DNA of 56,398 bases, filler included, from Sphacelaria rigidula (GCA_964200075.2; 4 parts of 4 records of this genome joined end to end with filler, not necessarily neighbours in it); one strand, 5' to 3'. Shown: positions 35,800 to 48,493, numbered from the whole stretch's first letter. Notes: generated from the sequence alone by a model not told the origin. Numbers and translations are program-made.

Positions 35800-36670
35800 C
35801 GTGTGACAGCATACAGTACTGTATGCGAGGCAGCTAGCTTGGGAGTGAGAGGCGACGGAGAGGGGGCCATTCCTTTTTCATGTTCTGTTGTCAAGCCTGA
35901 AGAGAGGATGGGGTGAATGCATGCAGTATTTGGGTGTCAGCGTATACCCCCAAGCTCCACCACTGTGGGGTGAGAGGTTCCGTGTAGGGGGGTGACATCT
36001 GCGTGATGGCTGTCGTGGATGAGTGTAGGCAGCGCTCCATTTGGTGTACATAGGTCTGTATTATCCTGTGCGTGTTAACTGTAGTTTGTGGTGCACAATC
36101 GGCGCATTAGTCGCGTGGCACGACTACGCTACTACTGTAGACTCTAGGAGTGTTTTTTTATATTTATACTGGGCAAACGTTCTTCGTAGACAAGTATCTA
36201 CGGAAAGGCAGCGCTGTTTCGTTCGGCAGGCTGCAAGTATGTTTCGTCGTGAGAGCTATTTTTCACCTTTTTTTCCCCGCTCGAATGATCACGTTTTATC
36301 ACCGTGTTACGGTTGTGAACATGCGTCAAGAAGTGGAGTAAGTGGTCCCAAGTATGTCCCTGGTGTGGTGTAATGTGTGTATTTGCGTGTCGTGTTTTGG
36401 AGAACTGATGCTGCGCTCATGTCTCCTCTCGGTGTTGCTTCATGTCGGAGGTGAATGAGTGCTCGATGAGAAATGTTGTAGGAATGTTTGCTGCATGTCG
36501 TTTACGTATTGAAAAAAAAATCCCAAGGGCACGGCGTGCGTGCTCCAGCCCAGTTTTCCGCGGGAGCCGCCTCTGCCCTTCGTAATGTGTCGAAGAACAC
36601 TCGGGCTGAAATGCTCCGCACTGGCGAAGATATTGTCTATATTTACAGCGAGCTTTGTTTGAGATAATTT

Positions 36671-36776
36671 CACACCCGGGACAATATATGGTGAATAGTG
36701 ACAATGGAAAAATGCACTACGTATAGTATAGGCCTACAGCAACTATTGACCATAAATTGTTGTTGTCCAGGGTATG
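36671..36776. mobile_element. hAT-like MITE, 8-bp TSD
   Basis: GATAATTT-CACACCCGGGACA ... TGTCCAGGGTATG-GATAATTT. Confidence 0.88.
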
Positions 36777-37507
36777 GATAATTTACAGCCGGTGTTTTTA
36801 GTCCCCGGCCCGTAGTTCATACTTCCGAACCGATTACGGCTTACTGCTCCAAACGCGATGAGCCAGGATAGTTCGCAACCGTACGGTGACTCTTGCATTT
36901 TCGACGATGTGTCTGTTTCTGATGTGAGATACAATATTCCGGGGGAGGTGAAGTGAGCAAGGGTTCGTCGCACAATCAGATACGGATTGGTAGGGTAATT
37001 TTCGGTGTCGAGGTGCAATAGGTCTCACCACATGTTTTTTTCACACGTACATGTCGGGTCGTACATGTCACTACGGTGGCAGCTGTGATGGCTGTTTTTG
37101 AGATGCGGTTGACTGCACGTGTAGAGTAGAGACACAGCACGGATTAGTCGAGAGGGGGGCACAGACAGGGAAGCAACCGTCTCTCCCTTGGGAAGACGGT
37201 CCTGGGCGTGCTTATTGATTATTGACAGTGATTCGACGATTGTGGAGCTAGCTGCAAATGTGCATTTTTGGTTTATTTTTTTCGTAGCACGTGGTGCGCC
37301 AATGCACAAGTAGGTACCGTCTCTGGCTTGTGATGTTTTGAGAGTTTTGGGTGTGATGCAGTAGTAGCTGTGATTCGTCTTGTGCTACACTGCTGGTCCT
37401 CACGAGTTTTCGTTCAAGAGGTTTCGCGGCGGTTCGCAAGCATCGGCTGTTGTAGAGCAAGTACGGAGACGGATGCTGTGCCTGAAGATGATCTGGCATA
37501 ATGTATC

Positions 37508-37810
37508 GCTGCGCCCCGGTGGTGTAATGGTCCGACTGTCACCATTTGGATGGAGACAACAAGGGTTCGATTCCCGATACGTTTTTTTTTCTTCGTAATG
37601 TCTGACTTCCACTGTGGAAAGAGTGAGAACGTGAGTGAACAATGTAGTCGACTGAGTTTGTTTGGCGTGAGTTGACGCGGTGCGGGAGTGCGGACGCAAT
37701 CCGCGAGACCAATATGCGAGGCGTGTACTGGCGGAGGGATGGGATATTCCCTTGAGACCACGGACTCGTCCCGAGGATGGGGAGGGGCCTAAAGTGCGAC
37801 ACAAAAAAAG
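37508..37810 (+). mobile_element. tRNA-derived SINE (uninterrupted copy)
   Basis: A box TGGTGTAATGG (37520-37530), B box GGTTCGATTCC (37564-37574), TTTGGAT loop (tRNA-Pro-like). No acceptor stem. Body and 3' end GGGGAGGGG..AAAGTGCGAC are shared with three other loci. Confidence 0.8.
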
Positions 37811-38116
37811 GCCGTTGAAACAAGAGATACACCCCCTCCAAATGAAGTTGCCGATGGGTATATATTGGGGGACTGCCGTTGAGCAGGAAACGCCTCCTTG
37901 CACGACAAAGAAAGAATTACGTGTTCTCTACCCTTGCAGTTCCCGTCGGTCGCGTGATATCGGCCGCATCATCAGATTGACGCTTGCCCACAAGGGTTTC
38001 CTTGCCGGGGTGACCTTTTCACTCGCCAAACAGTCAATCCTGCTCCATATCATTTGCCCACGTAAAGGCATTGGGGGATACGAGGACTGATACGGATCTC
38101 AACTTATCCCAATCAA

Positions 38117-38813
38117 GAGTGATGCTACGGTAGGGGTTGCACTTCTTTAGCCAAAATGTTTCTCGGGGTGTTGGACGGGTCATTTTGAGAATCGGCATCA
38201 TTTTCACTCTTGCAAGTGAAATGATCCCGATTTATGAAAAGGCCCCTGCATGCATCTCCATGTAACAGTGTGAAATAGAAATGTAGGATGAACGATGTCT
38301 GTAGGATGAGATTCTGAAAATTAAAAATCGCCATATCTCCCGCAAAACAAAACGACATCCACCAATTTTTCTTCGGTACGTTTGTGGTACCAACTATGAG
38401 CACGTCACAAAAAATTGAGGAGATTTGCTCAATTCCCAGTTTCCTCGAGCCAAAACAGCATTTTTGACATTTCCGTGCAAACGCTTGTGCGTGGAAATGT
38501 AAAAAAAAAATGGTTTTTGCTCTAGGACCCTCAATATTCCGTGAAAACCCTCAATTTTCTGTGACGCGCTCGTAGTTGGTACGACAAACGTACCGAAAAA
38601 ATATTGGTGGACTTCGTTTTGTTCTGCGGAAGATATGACGATTCCTAATTTTCAGAATCTCATCCTTCAGATTTCGTAGATCCTACACTTCTATTTCAAA
38701 CTGTCATGTCCGGTCCCCGGAGATTTGTGTTGCACAGTAACCCCCATATATTTGGGCTCCTACAAAAATGAGACCCAGAAACAAAGAGTGCAACCCCTAC
38801 CGTAGCATTGCTC
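38117..38813. mobile_element. Sola-like MITE (GAG...CTC) containing a nested foldback
   Basis: GAGTGATGCTACGGTAGGGGTTGCAC ... GTGCAACCCCTACCGTAGCATTGCTC, flanked by TCAA/TCCA. Confidence 0.85.
38264..38705. mobile_element. Foldback MITE nested in the Sola-like MITE
   Basis: ACAGTGTGAAATAGAA ... TTCTATTTCAAACTGT with arms of about 215 bp. (C)ATGT is duplicated relative to the empty site seen in the 39235 copy. Confidence 0.85.
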
Positions 38814-38954
38814 TCCAGTTGCAATAGTTTTGCCGGACTTCTCTCGCAACCGATATTTGGAAAATGATCAATAAACGATGTATTGGACTTCCGCGGTACA
38901 TCACTGACACCTGCAGCGCGTTTTTTCTTTTTAGTTATTTCAAGCACTTTGAAC

Positions 38955-39097
38955 CATACCCTGGACAAGAGATTACAGTGTGAGAAAGTGTACTGCGCAT
39001 ACAGAATGTAATCTTTTGTCTACTGCAATAGACGCAACAGTCGACACTGTACGCAGTACACTTTTTCACAATGTAATCTGTCGTTCTTCAGGGGGTG
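38955..39097. mobile_element. hAT-like MITE in the SINE tail
   Basis: CTTTGAAC-CATACCCTGGACA ... CAGGGGGTG-CTCTGGAC (8-bp TSD, 2 mismatches), with an internal hairpin. Confidence 0.7.
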
Positions 39098-39234
39098 CTC
39101 TGGACCCCTTCCCTTCCTCGAAACGAGTCCGTGGTCTCGAGGGACCAACCCGTCTCTCCCCGGTAGAAACGCCTTTGTTTTAGTCTCGCGGATTGGATCA
39201 TGACTATCAACACTCCCGCACCGCGTCAACTCCC

Positions 39235-39487
39235 GAGCAATGCTACGGTAGGGGTTGCACTTTTCGTTTCTGGGTCTCGTTTTTGTAGGAGCCCAAATAT
39301 ATGGGGCTTACTCTGCAACCCAAATCTCTGGGGACCGGACATGGAGATTCACACAGGAGCCTTTTCGTGAATTGGCATCATTTTCAGTCTTTTTCAAGTG
39401 AAAATGACGCCGATTCTCAAAATGATCCGTGCAACACCCCGAGTAACATTTTCGCTAAAAAAATGCAACCCTACCGTAGCATCACTC
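39235..39487. mobile_element. Sola-like MITE, perfect 4-bp TSD TCCC
   Basis: TCCC-GAGCAATGCTACGGTAGGGGTTGCAC ... TGCAACCCTACCGTAGCATCACTC-TCCC. Confidence 0.88.
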
Positions 39488-39633
39488 TCCCGTCAAACAA
39501 ACTCCGTCAACCACTTTTTGTTTACTCACGTACTCACTATTTCGGCGGTGGAAGTCAGATTCTTACGGAGACGGAGAAAAATCGTAACGTATCGGGGATC
39601 AAACTCACGTTCTTTCCATCCTAATAATGATGC

Positions 39634-39938
39634 ACACGCGGCCATTTTTTGGTTACCCCCAAAATTCCTCCAAGGCGGTAAACTTTCCGAGCCTCCAGAA
39701 GACAACTTTTTGAATTCCTCCAGAGGGAGTGAACGCCTCCGGAGGCTTGCTTTTGCCTCTGGAGGGCCGCGCATCCCTCTCCGGAGGGATGGAGGTAGAA
39801 GAATGCCCCCCCGGAGGGGTGCCGGTAGCGTTTGGTTTCCTCCAGAGGAGTTCAAGGCCTCCGGAGGCTTGTTTTGCCTACAGGAGGGCCGCGCATTCCT
39901 CCGGAGGTATTTTGGGGGGTAGCCAAATGGCCGCGTGT
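39634..39938. mobile_element. MITE with internal CCTCCGGAGG palindromic repeats
   Basis: ACACGCGGCCATTT..GGTTACCCCCAAAAT ... ATTTTGGGGGGTAGCCAAATGGCCGCGTGT. Inserted in the SINE anticodon-arm region. Confidence 0.82.
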
Positions 39939-40183
39939 CTGACAGTCGAACCGCTATAGACCACCTGGGCGCGGCACGCAAATAAGTGTCATATATATTT
40001 TCTCGTCGTCGATCCTGCGGTACGACGGTGTTTACCCGAAAGTGCGGTGGTCAGAGCGGTGCCGGACCGGACGACTGCGATACCTATCCGATGAAATGAA
40101 GTTATCGCGGGTGACTACGGTGATCGAAAACCGCGGTATCCTGTCACCGAAAATCGCGGTATAGTATGATATGATAGTAATAC

Positions 40184-40627
40184 ATACGGGATTTTACAAG
40201 TTGGGGATGGATTTGTCATCAAGGATGAGAACCCGGACAAATTCAAATATTCGTATCCACACCAAATCTTCGAGATATGGGTCGATTTCTTCTCTTGCTG
40301 TTGGCTATTGACAACTACTTCACGCCATACAATGTTGGATCCTGATAACCGACAACATGTTGGGGTTCTAGGTTAAGAGACCATTTTGGGGAATTTAGAT
40401 GATCCGATCAGATCGCCGAAACTCCCCAAAATTGATTCTTCACGCAGGACCCCAACATTTGGGTGATCGAAATCGAAATATGTATGGCGTGAAGTAGGTG
40501 TCAATAGCTAACAGCTAGTGAAGAAATGGAACTATATTTCGAAGATTTGGTGTGGATACGAAGATTTGAATTCTCCAGGTTTCTCATCCTCAATTAAAAT
40601 CCACCCTCAATCTGTAAAATATCGTGT
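40184..40627. mobile_element. Foldback MITE; a shorter relative at 41941-42109 has a TGA duplication
   Basis: Long inverted arms (TTCGTATCCACACCAAATCTTCGA / TCGAAGATTTGGTGTGGATACGAA). Ends ACGGGATTTTACA / TGTAAAATATCGTGT. Confidence 0.82.
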
Positions 40628-40816
40628 TAATTGTTGGCATGCTTGCACGGTAGAGCTATAGAGCTAGTACATACTTAAGTGGTTCTACGGGAAGGATGCA
40701 CAATTGTTTTCTGAGGCCCTACCCTTCAGGAGCCTCCCAATAACAAATATCTAGGCCTTAGTTAGTGTGCAGCCTCAGAAAATGTTTGGACTAAAATGTG
40801 CGCGTTTACATTATTT

Positions 40817-40989
40817 CACACCTTGGACAATATATGGTCAATAGTTGCAATAGACAAGAAACGTACTGCATAAAGTATAGACCTATTGCGACTATTGTCC
40901 GCCGGCAATAGTTGCAATATGTCTATACTCAATGCAGCACACATCTCGTCAATTGCATATATTATTGATAATATACTGTCCAGGGTGTG
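40817..40989. mobile_element. hAT-like MITE, perfect 8-bp TSD
   Basis: CATTATTT-CACACCTTGGACA ... TGTCCAGGGTGTG-CATTATTT. Confidence 0.9.
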
Positions 40990-41219
40990 CATTATTTTCA
41001 CTCAAAATATGATGCATGCTGTCATGCGACGCGTTGCGGGAGACTCGAATCCCCATCTTCCCCGCTTGTCCTACATTTCGGTATGCTCGGTGGCTTTCCG
41101 TGGTATTTAGATATACAATACGGTACGGTATTCGCAGTCCACGGTACGTACGGCACGGTGCCAGGGAATCGCGGTGTGCGGTATTCCATGGTAGTGGGAA
41201 TCACGATTTTGCGATACTC

Positions 41220-41300
41220 TACCGGGGGAGAGATGATGGGTTGATCCCTTGAGACCATCGACTCATCCCGAGGAAGGGGAGGGGTTCAAAGTGCGACAAA
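41220..41300 (+). mobile_element. 3' fragment of the tRNA-derived SINE
   Basis: CCCTTGAGACCATCGACTCATCCCGAGGAAGGGGAGGGGTTCAAAGTGCGAC matches 37749-37800. Confidence 0.75.
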
Positions 41301-42275
41301 TAATGATGATCTTAAATGCACCGTGGTATACGGTGCGGTTTTGGAACTTAAAATTTGTGCAGGACTGCCGTCAATATCCATATACATGCAGAATCGCAAT
41401 AAGCCGCGGGAAGGAACACTGGATATAATATGCACACGGAAAAGTTGGTACAGTGGAATCCAGACGCCGATCAATCCGCTAGCGTAATGAACTGTAATTC
41501 GGTGAGCGAGCAGAACATAATAACTCGAATTATCAGAGTTTTTCCATCATTTCGGAAAATTCTTGGAAATCAATTCGTCCGTCCTTGTTAGAGTCCAAAT
41601 CGCTCAGAATCTGCGTTGCTCCGTCCTCAGAACCCAGCACCTGTATCGAAAGAACAAGCAGGGTGGGAACGCAGGTCATGCACGATGAGTTAACACGAGA
41701 TTACACAAAGTGTGGATGGATTTGTTTACAAGAATGAGCCTTCGGAAACCTTCACAAGCGTCGAAATATATATTTTTCGAAAAAAACTGCAAATGAACTC
41801 CCCGGCCATGATTTGTGGCCTCGCTCATCATTAAACAATAATCCATCCGCAATTTTCAAAATCCCGTGTGAGCAGAGGATTCTCACAATTAAGACCAATT
41901 GTTTTGTAGGGGAATGAGCGGAGGTCGTATTTCGGTATGAACACCGGATTTTACAAATCGAGGATGATTTTACTGAGGATGAGCGATGCCACACATCACG
42001 GCCTGAGATTCCCCCCCGCCCCCCCCCGAAAAAAATAAATTCGGTTATTTTGAAGTTTCCCAAGTCTCATCCTCGAACAAAAACACCCGCAATTCGTAAA
42101 ATGCTGTGTTGAGTGAGGAACAGCAACCCCAGTTCACCGATATTATATCCATGCTTTTGATCATTGCGCGTCCAGGACGAATCTGGTTGTAGAACCCTGA
42201 CGAGTGATCCTACGATAGCTGGGGGGGGGGGGGGGGGGGCTCCGTTGGTTTGTTGGGCGGAGGGGGGGGGGGGGG

Positions 42276-42375
42276 NNNNNNNNNNNNNNNNNNNNNNNNN
42301 NNNNNNNNNNNNNNNNNNNTTAATTAATTAANNNNNNNNNNNNNNNNNNNNNNNNNNNNNNNNNNNNNNNNNNNN
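42276..42375. other. Artificial scaffold spacer
   Basis: N44-TTAATTAATTAA-N44. Confidence 0.97.
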
Positions 42376-43335
42376 TAACACGTCGTGAACGTGGTGTTAG
42401 TGAGCTTCAGTCCCAAAAGGGTTAATCAACGAGAAAAGATGAGCCCAACATTTTGAGCAGATGGGCACCTTCCCCTTGATTGGACGATTAATATAATATG
42501 CGGATCATGGCACAACTAGTCCGTGTCGACGAGATATTGCTTCGAGAGCCTAAATCCGTGTCTAGGCTGGCTCAGCTTGTAGCGTTCAAGGGGTCAAAGA
42601 GTGACATTGCGGAATATGTAGATCAAGACTCGTTAGCTTCACGATTGATACTTTTTGAGATGTTGATGAAAGAAGGGGGAAGAGGATATTAAACTATCGG
42701 AATATTCCTCTCATGAATGCGCCGTTGAACATTAAGCAGGTGATAATCAGACATCACTCACAATGCCATGCATTCCTAATGCGTGTTTTTTTCCCGATTA
42801 AAACGTTGAATGCGAGTGTAGGGTAGAAACCCGTGAAATAATCGTATGTCGGTGTATATTTGTTTTCCAATGACTGACTCTTCGACATGTCAAACCTTTG
42901 ACCGCCAGGGTTGGTAACCGGGGTCACGCAATAACGTTTCAAATGAGAATGATGCCGGTTCCAGGAACGGATGAAAAGCTGACTCTCAATCAAAAGCTCC
43001 CTTCTGAATCTGGCGAAAATGTTATTGGTTGGTGCTGAACTGCCACTGGCCCGTATTCGGGTAGAAAGCTTATAATGACAGACTTGCTTCACGTGCTTGA
43101 AAACAGCTTGCGAAGTCAATATTTTGGCATACTCGGTGTTGAGTGCGGTGTACGCGCTCAAGATGCCGCCACGTATAGGTCCATACATGAAATTCACACA
43201 TCTCTACTTCACGCAGGTCCTTTCATCTCGTTATTGAAGTCAATCCAGGTGTACAGTGGGAAACTGAGAGAAGATTGTGCATGGATTAGCATCTGCAGAG
43301 CCGTTCTGAACAGCTCCCACCAACCGTAGATGATC

Positions 43336-43513
43336 CTAGCCACCACCGCCCGCCCCCCCCGCCTCTTGTCGTCTCTCTCCCTCGCCCGGGATCACGGTCC
43401 ATCGCTCTACCCCCTTCGCCGTTACAACGCACAATCGAATGATGCCTCCAGACGCTCCATCGCGGCTTACCGCCATTTCCAGGGCTGTTTGCACATGTCG
43501 CACACACTCTTCC
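43336..43513 (-). CDS. Terminal exon of a 20S proteasome beta-1 subunit (PSMB6/PRE3-like)
   Basis: Acceptor CCGTCACAG|G. EECVRHVQTALEMAVSRDGASGGIIRLCVVTAKGVER matches the beta-1 C-terminal AMxRDGSSGGVIRL..GVER motif. Upstream exons were not seen. Confidence 0.82.
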
Positions 43514-46500
43514 CTGTGACGGTGATATGCGGAGCGTGCAGTGTATAAAACGGATTGCACAACGTGAGTATACACCCAACGTCCGAACCTTACCGCAGTC
43601 GTTCAAATAAGACAATCAACACCCTGAAAAGCGCCCCTGCAAGGTGACTTGTACGTGTGGCCACCCAGGTGTATCCATCTGTGGAATGGGTATCGTTTCC
43701 ACTTGAAAATATTGTGATATCCAGAAGTCCAAGTGAGTGCGCTCAAAGGGTTGATGACGCCTTTACAGTTACCGAGGTACTAGAACATTCCATGTCGATG
43801 AGAACGGGTGTCATATCCCTCGAAATCGGCACCACACACCCAATTTCCGGATTCAATCCTGAAACGGGGGTGTTCCAAGTCCAAGCAGTTAAGCTGCCCG
43901 GCTTCGTCGTCAGATATCTGAAGTCAAGTTAGCAAGTCTGCTACTGGACTCGAGAGTAAGGAGATTCAGAGAAAGGTCGGCAAGAGTGTCGAGAGACAGA
44001 CGGGAAGTCAGTCAGGAGGCGGAGAAATCGAACTTAGAACTGTACCTGACAAAAAGGAGGAATCGGGTGAGTCGTCATTTGTGTGCCGGCAAACCGCTCC
44101 ACTACTCTACAGGAGAAAGGCAAGAAAATATCAAGCGCCTAACGGATGTCCATATTTATCCCGTCACCCCTGCAGCTACTGCATTTGTTCGCAGAGTGCT
44201 ACAAAACTCATCGTCTGCCAGAGTCGAAGATACTAATTTTGGGTCTATCGGTGTGGGGGAGCGCCTCCTTAAATCCCAAAGTGCAACATGACCCTAAACA
44301 CGGCAACGCGAATACCACTCCCGGCAACGACCTTTTCCGGATTCACAGCTGAAATCAAAGGACCGTGGATTATCCGGGGAAATCCTCCGGTGCCCCAGCC
44401 AGAATCCGTATTTTGCGGTATTTCCAGTATCTAGCTCGGAATCAGAGTGTATTGGGAGTGAGAATCCAAAACGGGGTTACTATATGTTTAGATGTAATGA
44501 TGTAAACTGGAGCCAACCACATTCACGCAATTCGGCCAAATACCGCAATTTCACGTCGCTGATGGAGGTATGGATGTGCTGTGTACATGTAGTCCATGGT
44601 TGTGCAGAAAATGCGTGGGTAGATCCCGTGGACACGTGATGCGACGGGTGAGGTAAGTATGCGTGTACACATGTAATGGAAAAGCACCCTAGAAAGTGAA
44701 GTTGAAAACTGTGCCGGGCATCCGGCGCCATATACACAGCGAGTGAAGCAGAAAAAGGCATTACTAACGACACTACCAGCACCAGCACCAGCACCAGCAT
44801 CAGCAGCAATGACCTCATAATTGGCACAGAAGACCACCAAAAGCCAAGACCTGTTCCAATTTTCGGCATGAAAAATGGTGTTGTCTTGAGCATTTTCTCA
44901 TGTCACAATGTTTTCTTGTGACAGAAAACGTGTGAAGAAACATCTCGGATTTTTTCAAAACTTTGATTCCAACGCAGTCGTGCAATATCATAGATAATAT
45001 AGTGTAATACACTGAACACAAGACACAAGTCCGACAGTGCACTACAGGTCCCCAAGGCACAGCATCAGAGGAGTGACACGGACTGTATACAGTATGCATC
45101 AGCTGCTTGCCATCGAGAATAACGCCATATCATACTGTTGTCGCACTGCTGTTGTAGAAGACACCACGTCGTCTGTACAAAGTGGTGTCTGTGCACTGTG
45201 CAGGCTATTCAAGTGGCGGCACGAGTAGTGGGAGTATTCCTGTATCGCACCACTTGTCAACTGCGTTCAGAGCACTCTAGGCCCTGTACAGTAGTACTCC
45301 TGTACCACTGCTGTTGTTGTCCGGTATACATGATGTACAGTCCGCACAGTAGACAGCAGACGACGATACTTGTAGTACTATGAGGGTGTGATTTCACAAG
45401 CGTCCCTACTTGCGAATATACGGCCGTGTATAGCAATCCCCGTTTTCACAATCCCCTTTTGACAGGGGATTGGCCCCGTAACGACCAGTCCCGAGTCCTA
45501 TCGGCAAGCACTTTTGTACAGATTCGAACCCATATCTGCGCGCAGGTTGAGAAAAGCGGCGGGTCTGGAAGTGGACGTTAGTCCAAGCGGGTCCAACGTC
45601 TGTGGAATGATGCAGACATCACGCAATAGCGCAACACAACACCTACGCAACCAGCCCCGAGGAAACACGGACAGACATCCACCACTCAAGCGCATTCGTA
45701 TTACTGCTAGCCCTTGCTAATCTACACACGGCAGTCTTTGTTTGACGGAAATCCGTTCTGTATTGGACGAATGGCGGCCACGTGCGTGTAAAAAACAACC
45801 GAACACGTGTCGTTGCTGACCGTTTTGTAAGCGAGTGCTGCGCGCTCGTCTCACGCTTATCATCATTTCTTGATGAATTTTGAACAGATTTGAGCAAGGT
45901 CGAAAATAACGAGCACAGCTGATGAGCAACTACGGTTTGAGCTGTGTGTATTTGGTTGCGGGGCCACCAAGTTCCTTAGGTTCAGCGGTGATTGTGTTAG
46001 GTTGGGTGATAAGCCTTTGCATATGCTCCTGTCAACGGGACATATATGTTATTTTGACTTGGTTGATTTACGCTCATTAGTTGATAAAAATCAAATCAAC
46101 TTTCAAATCGACAATCAACCGTGACTTATGAGTTAATATACAACCCTAATCCAAATGAGCGGGTGTGAACGGTTGTCATTACGTGATCCAGACTTTCATG
46201 ACAGGATTACACTTGAATACCCAGCCATTATAATATCATGTTGTCCATGCCGCGAAACTTTTCGCGGATATTTGCACTAGTTGCGGTAGCACTACCGCGT
46301 CTGCCTCCTTCGATAGCCAATGACACTCCGGGAGACAGGTCTTGTACATGTACAACAAGACGGGTCTACAAGTAGTGGCCGGGGATAGTACAGGAGGACC
46401 TAGCGAGAACTTGCCGGGCAACGACTCCAGTCTGAGCTCTGCCTTCCTACGGGCCCTTGCGAACGTGGAACGACGTCGGGTGGCTATATAGACTGTATGT

Positions 46501-48493
46501 TATTCACGCGTGCAAGACGCGAGAGCTTCAGTTGATTTATATTCAGTGAATTTCAAGTGTTTCTTTCCGTGCTTCTACATGTATGCCGATTATGCTCCTT
46601 TTCCATTACAACAAAGGAAAAGAAATTAATTGGAAGCGCGATGCAAAGCAGAGCAATCTATTCACAAAACCATGTTGTAAGCTCATAGTTGGACTTACAG
46701 AAAACCAACATGCGGGGAACCCTGGCCGTCGGAGTTTTGCCCCTCGCTAAAGTGCTGTCCAAGAGGGGACTAGTCGCCATGATAGTCGAGGAGAGGGCGC
46801 AGGCGTAAAACGGGGTAGGGTTAGGGTAAAAGGTGCCCGTGTGTTATGGATCGCGGGGTAGTGGTGGAGGGTCAGTACGATGATGGGCTAGCTATTCGAC
46901 TAGCGAACCCGGAGCTGCCGGCGGCGCAGCCTGATCAGAGGTAAGGGGTATTTGTACCCGTTCGCGACGGTTACAAACTTGCCTTCTTCCATCAAGTTGG
47001 ATTCAATTCTTTTTCGGAACAGAATTGACCTGGGTGGCGTCTTGGTGTTCAATACTCTCGGGAAGACGAAGCGAAGCTGATGCTTGATTGACTTCTCAAC
47101 ATCACCAATACGTGAAAGAAAACCATCGCCTTGAGGCTGTGCTCAAGACATTCTGACGTTCAGCGTGACTTTCTGCTGGTAATTTGTCATCCCTGTCGTG
47201 GATGCCGCGCGTGAGTTGTTTGCTGTTTGCTGTGAAAACGGCGGGTCAAACACTCGATGAAGTAATTGTATTGCAATTTGCGTGCAGCTCCCGTGTAGTC
47301 ATATAAACACCCATACGGTCGGTGACGTTTGTTTGCGTGTGCGACGGCAAAAGCCACATTTCAGTTGCCTGCCAACTTTCGGTGTTCATCATCTCGCTAT
47401 TCGCGCTTTTACGAACATTCATGTAGAGAACGGGCTATGTTACCCATCTCCTTGTAACATAGTGATCGCGGTGGGACTTCTTGTTTCAATGGCTACTCGG
47501 CTATCCTTCGTATGATGGTTCGTGAGTCGTCTTCATGTGAAGTCTGGCGACTGTATTTTTCGAGAAAATCTTCAAGCGTCAGCGGACCCGACGCTGCTCG
47601 TTTTGCATGAATTTATCTGTATAACAACGGCGGGCATGTAGGTTTTCCGTCCCGCCGCGTGCTTGGTTCATAGCGACAGCTGTTTCGAAGCATCGACGAC
47701 ACACGATCACCCAACCTTGCTTATTATTGCCACAACCTCTAACCGAAGTGAGAATCTCCAAACAGATTATAAGGGAACCAGGGTGCCACATGAAAAGCTA
47801 GGGGGGGGTCGACATGCAAGCCCTTGACGAGTCAGATCTTCCACTTTTCAAACTGGCTGTACGGCTTAAGTCGGCAAAAAACAAATTAGACCTGGCGATG
47901 CAGTCCACAGCACCGAAGCGCTGAATCGCCAAATCGTTACCCCGCGCGATGAAGCAATGTTCTGCTTGCTTCACACTCCATGCAGCTGTCGCTATACTCT
48001 CGGCGTTTGCCGCTGCAAGAGGCAACGCTCTGCTCGCACCACGCAGCTGTTGCTGTACTTTTTATGCCCACCTTGCGGTGAAGTTCGATTAAGCAACACT
48101 ATGCGTGTTTCACATACCATCCGAATTAACAAGGTCAGCTCGACCTAAAATCGCCTTGCCTTCTCCGCGCATGCGGGCAATGTCGCCCTTTCAGCTCTAC
48201 GACACGCTACCGTTTGTGAGTTGTAGTAATGATGCTGTAAAGGATGGTTGTATCGTATACGACCTACACTACCTTCTGGATGCTGTAATCATTGTGTTGT
48301 TCAGTCAAAAAGTTACGGAGAAGGAGGCGGAAGCGGCTAATTGTGTATCTTTATCTTGATGTATTCAGGCTAAGAGTTGTAAACAATTTGCTTTTACTGA
48401 AGACACGAACAGCTACTGATTACTGACAGACGTTAGACACATGACCGTGCATGGAAAGCAGGGCAATATTTTACATCTGGTGTGTACTGTCAA

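Larger units (their letters stand above)
38940..39980 (-). mobile_element. tRNA-derived SINE split by three MITE insertions
   Basis: Head at 39939-39980 (rc GCGCCCAGGTGGTCTATAGCGGTTCGACTGTCA), B-box part at about 39590-39630, body at 39488-39590 and 39100-39234, tail at about 38945. Collinear with 37508-37810. Confidence 0.8.

Noticed and set aside
37512-37582. tRNA gene
   Set aside because: A and B boxes are present but the acceptor stem does not pair, and the sequence continues into a repeated body. It is a SINE head.
45913-45947. Hairpin with CTGATGA and a C-TACG-G loop (hammerhead, box C/D or SECIS look-alike)
   Set aside because: No GAAA or third helix for a hammerhead, too short for a snoRNA or SECIS, and single copy here.
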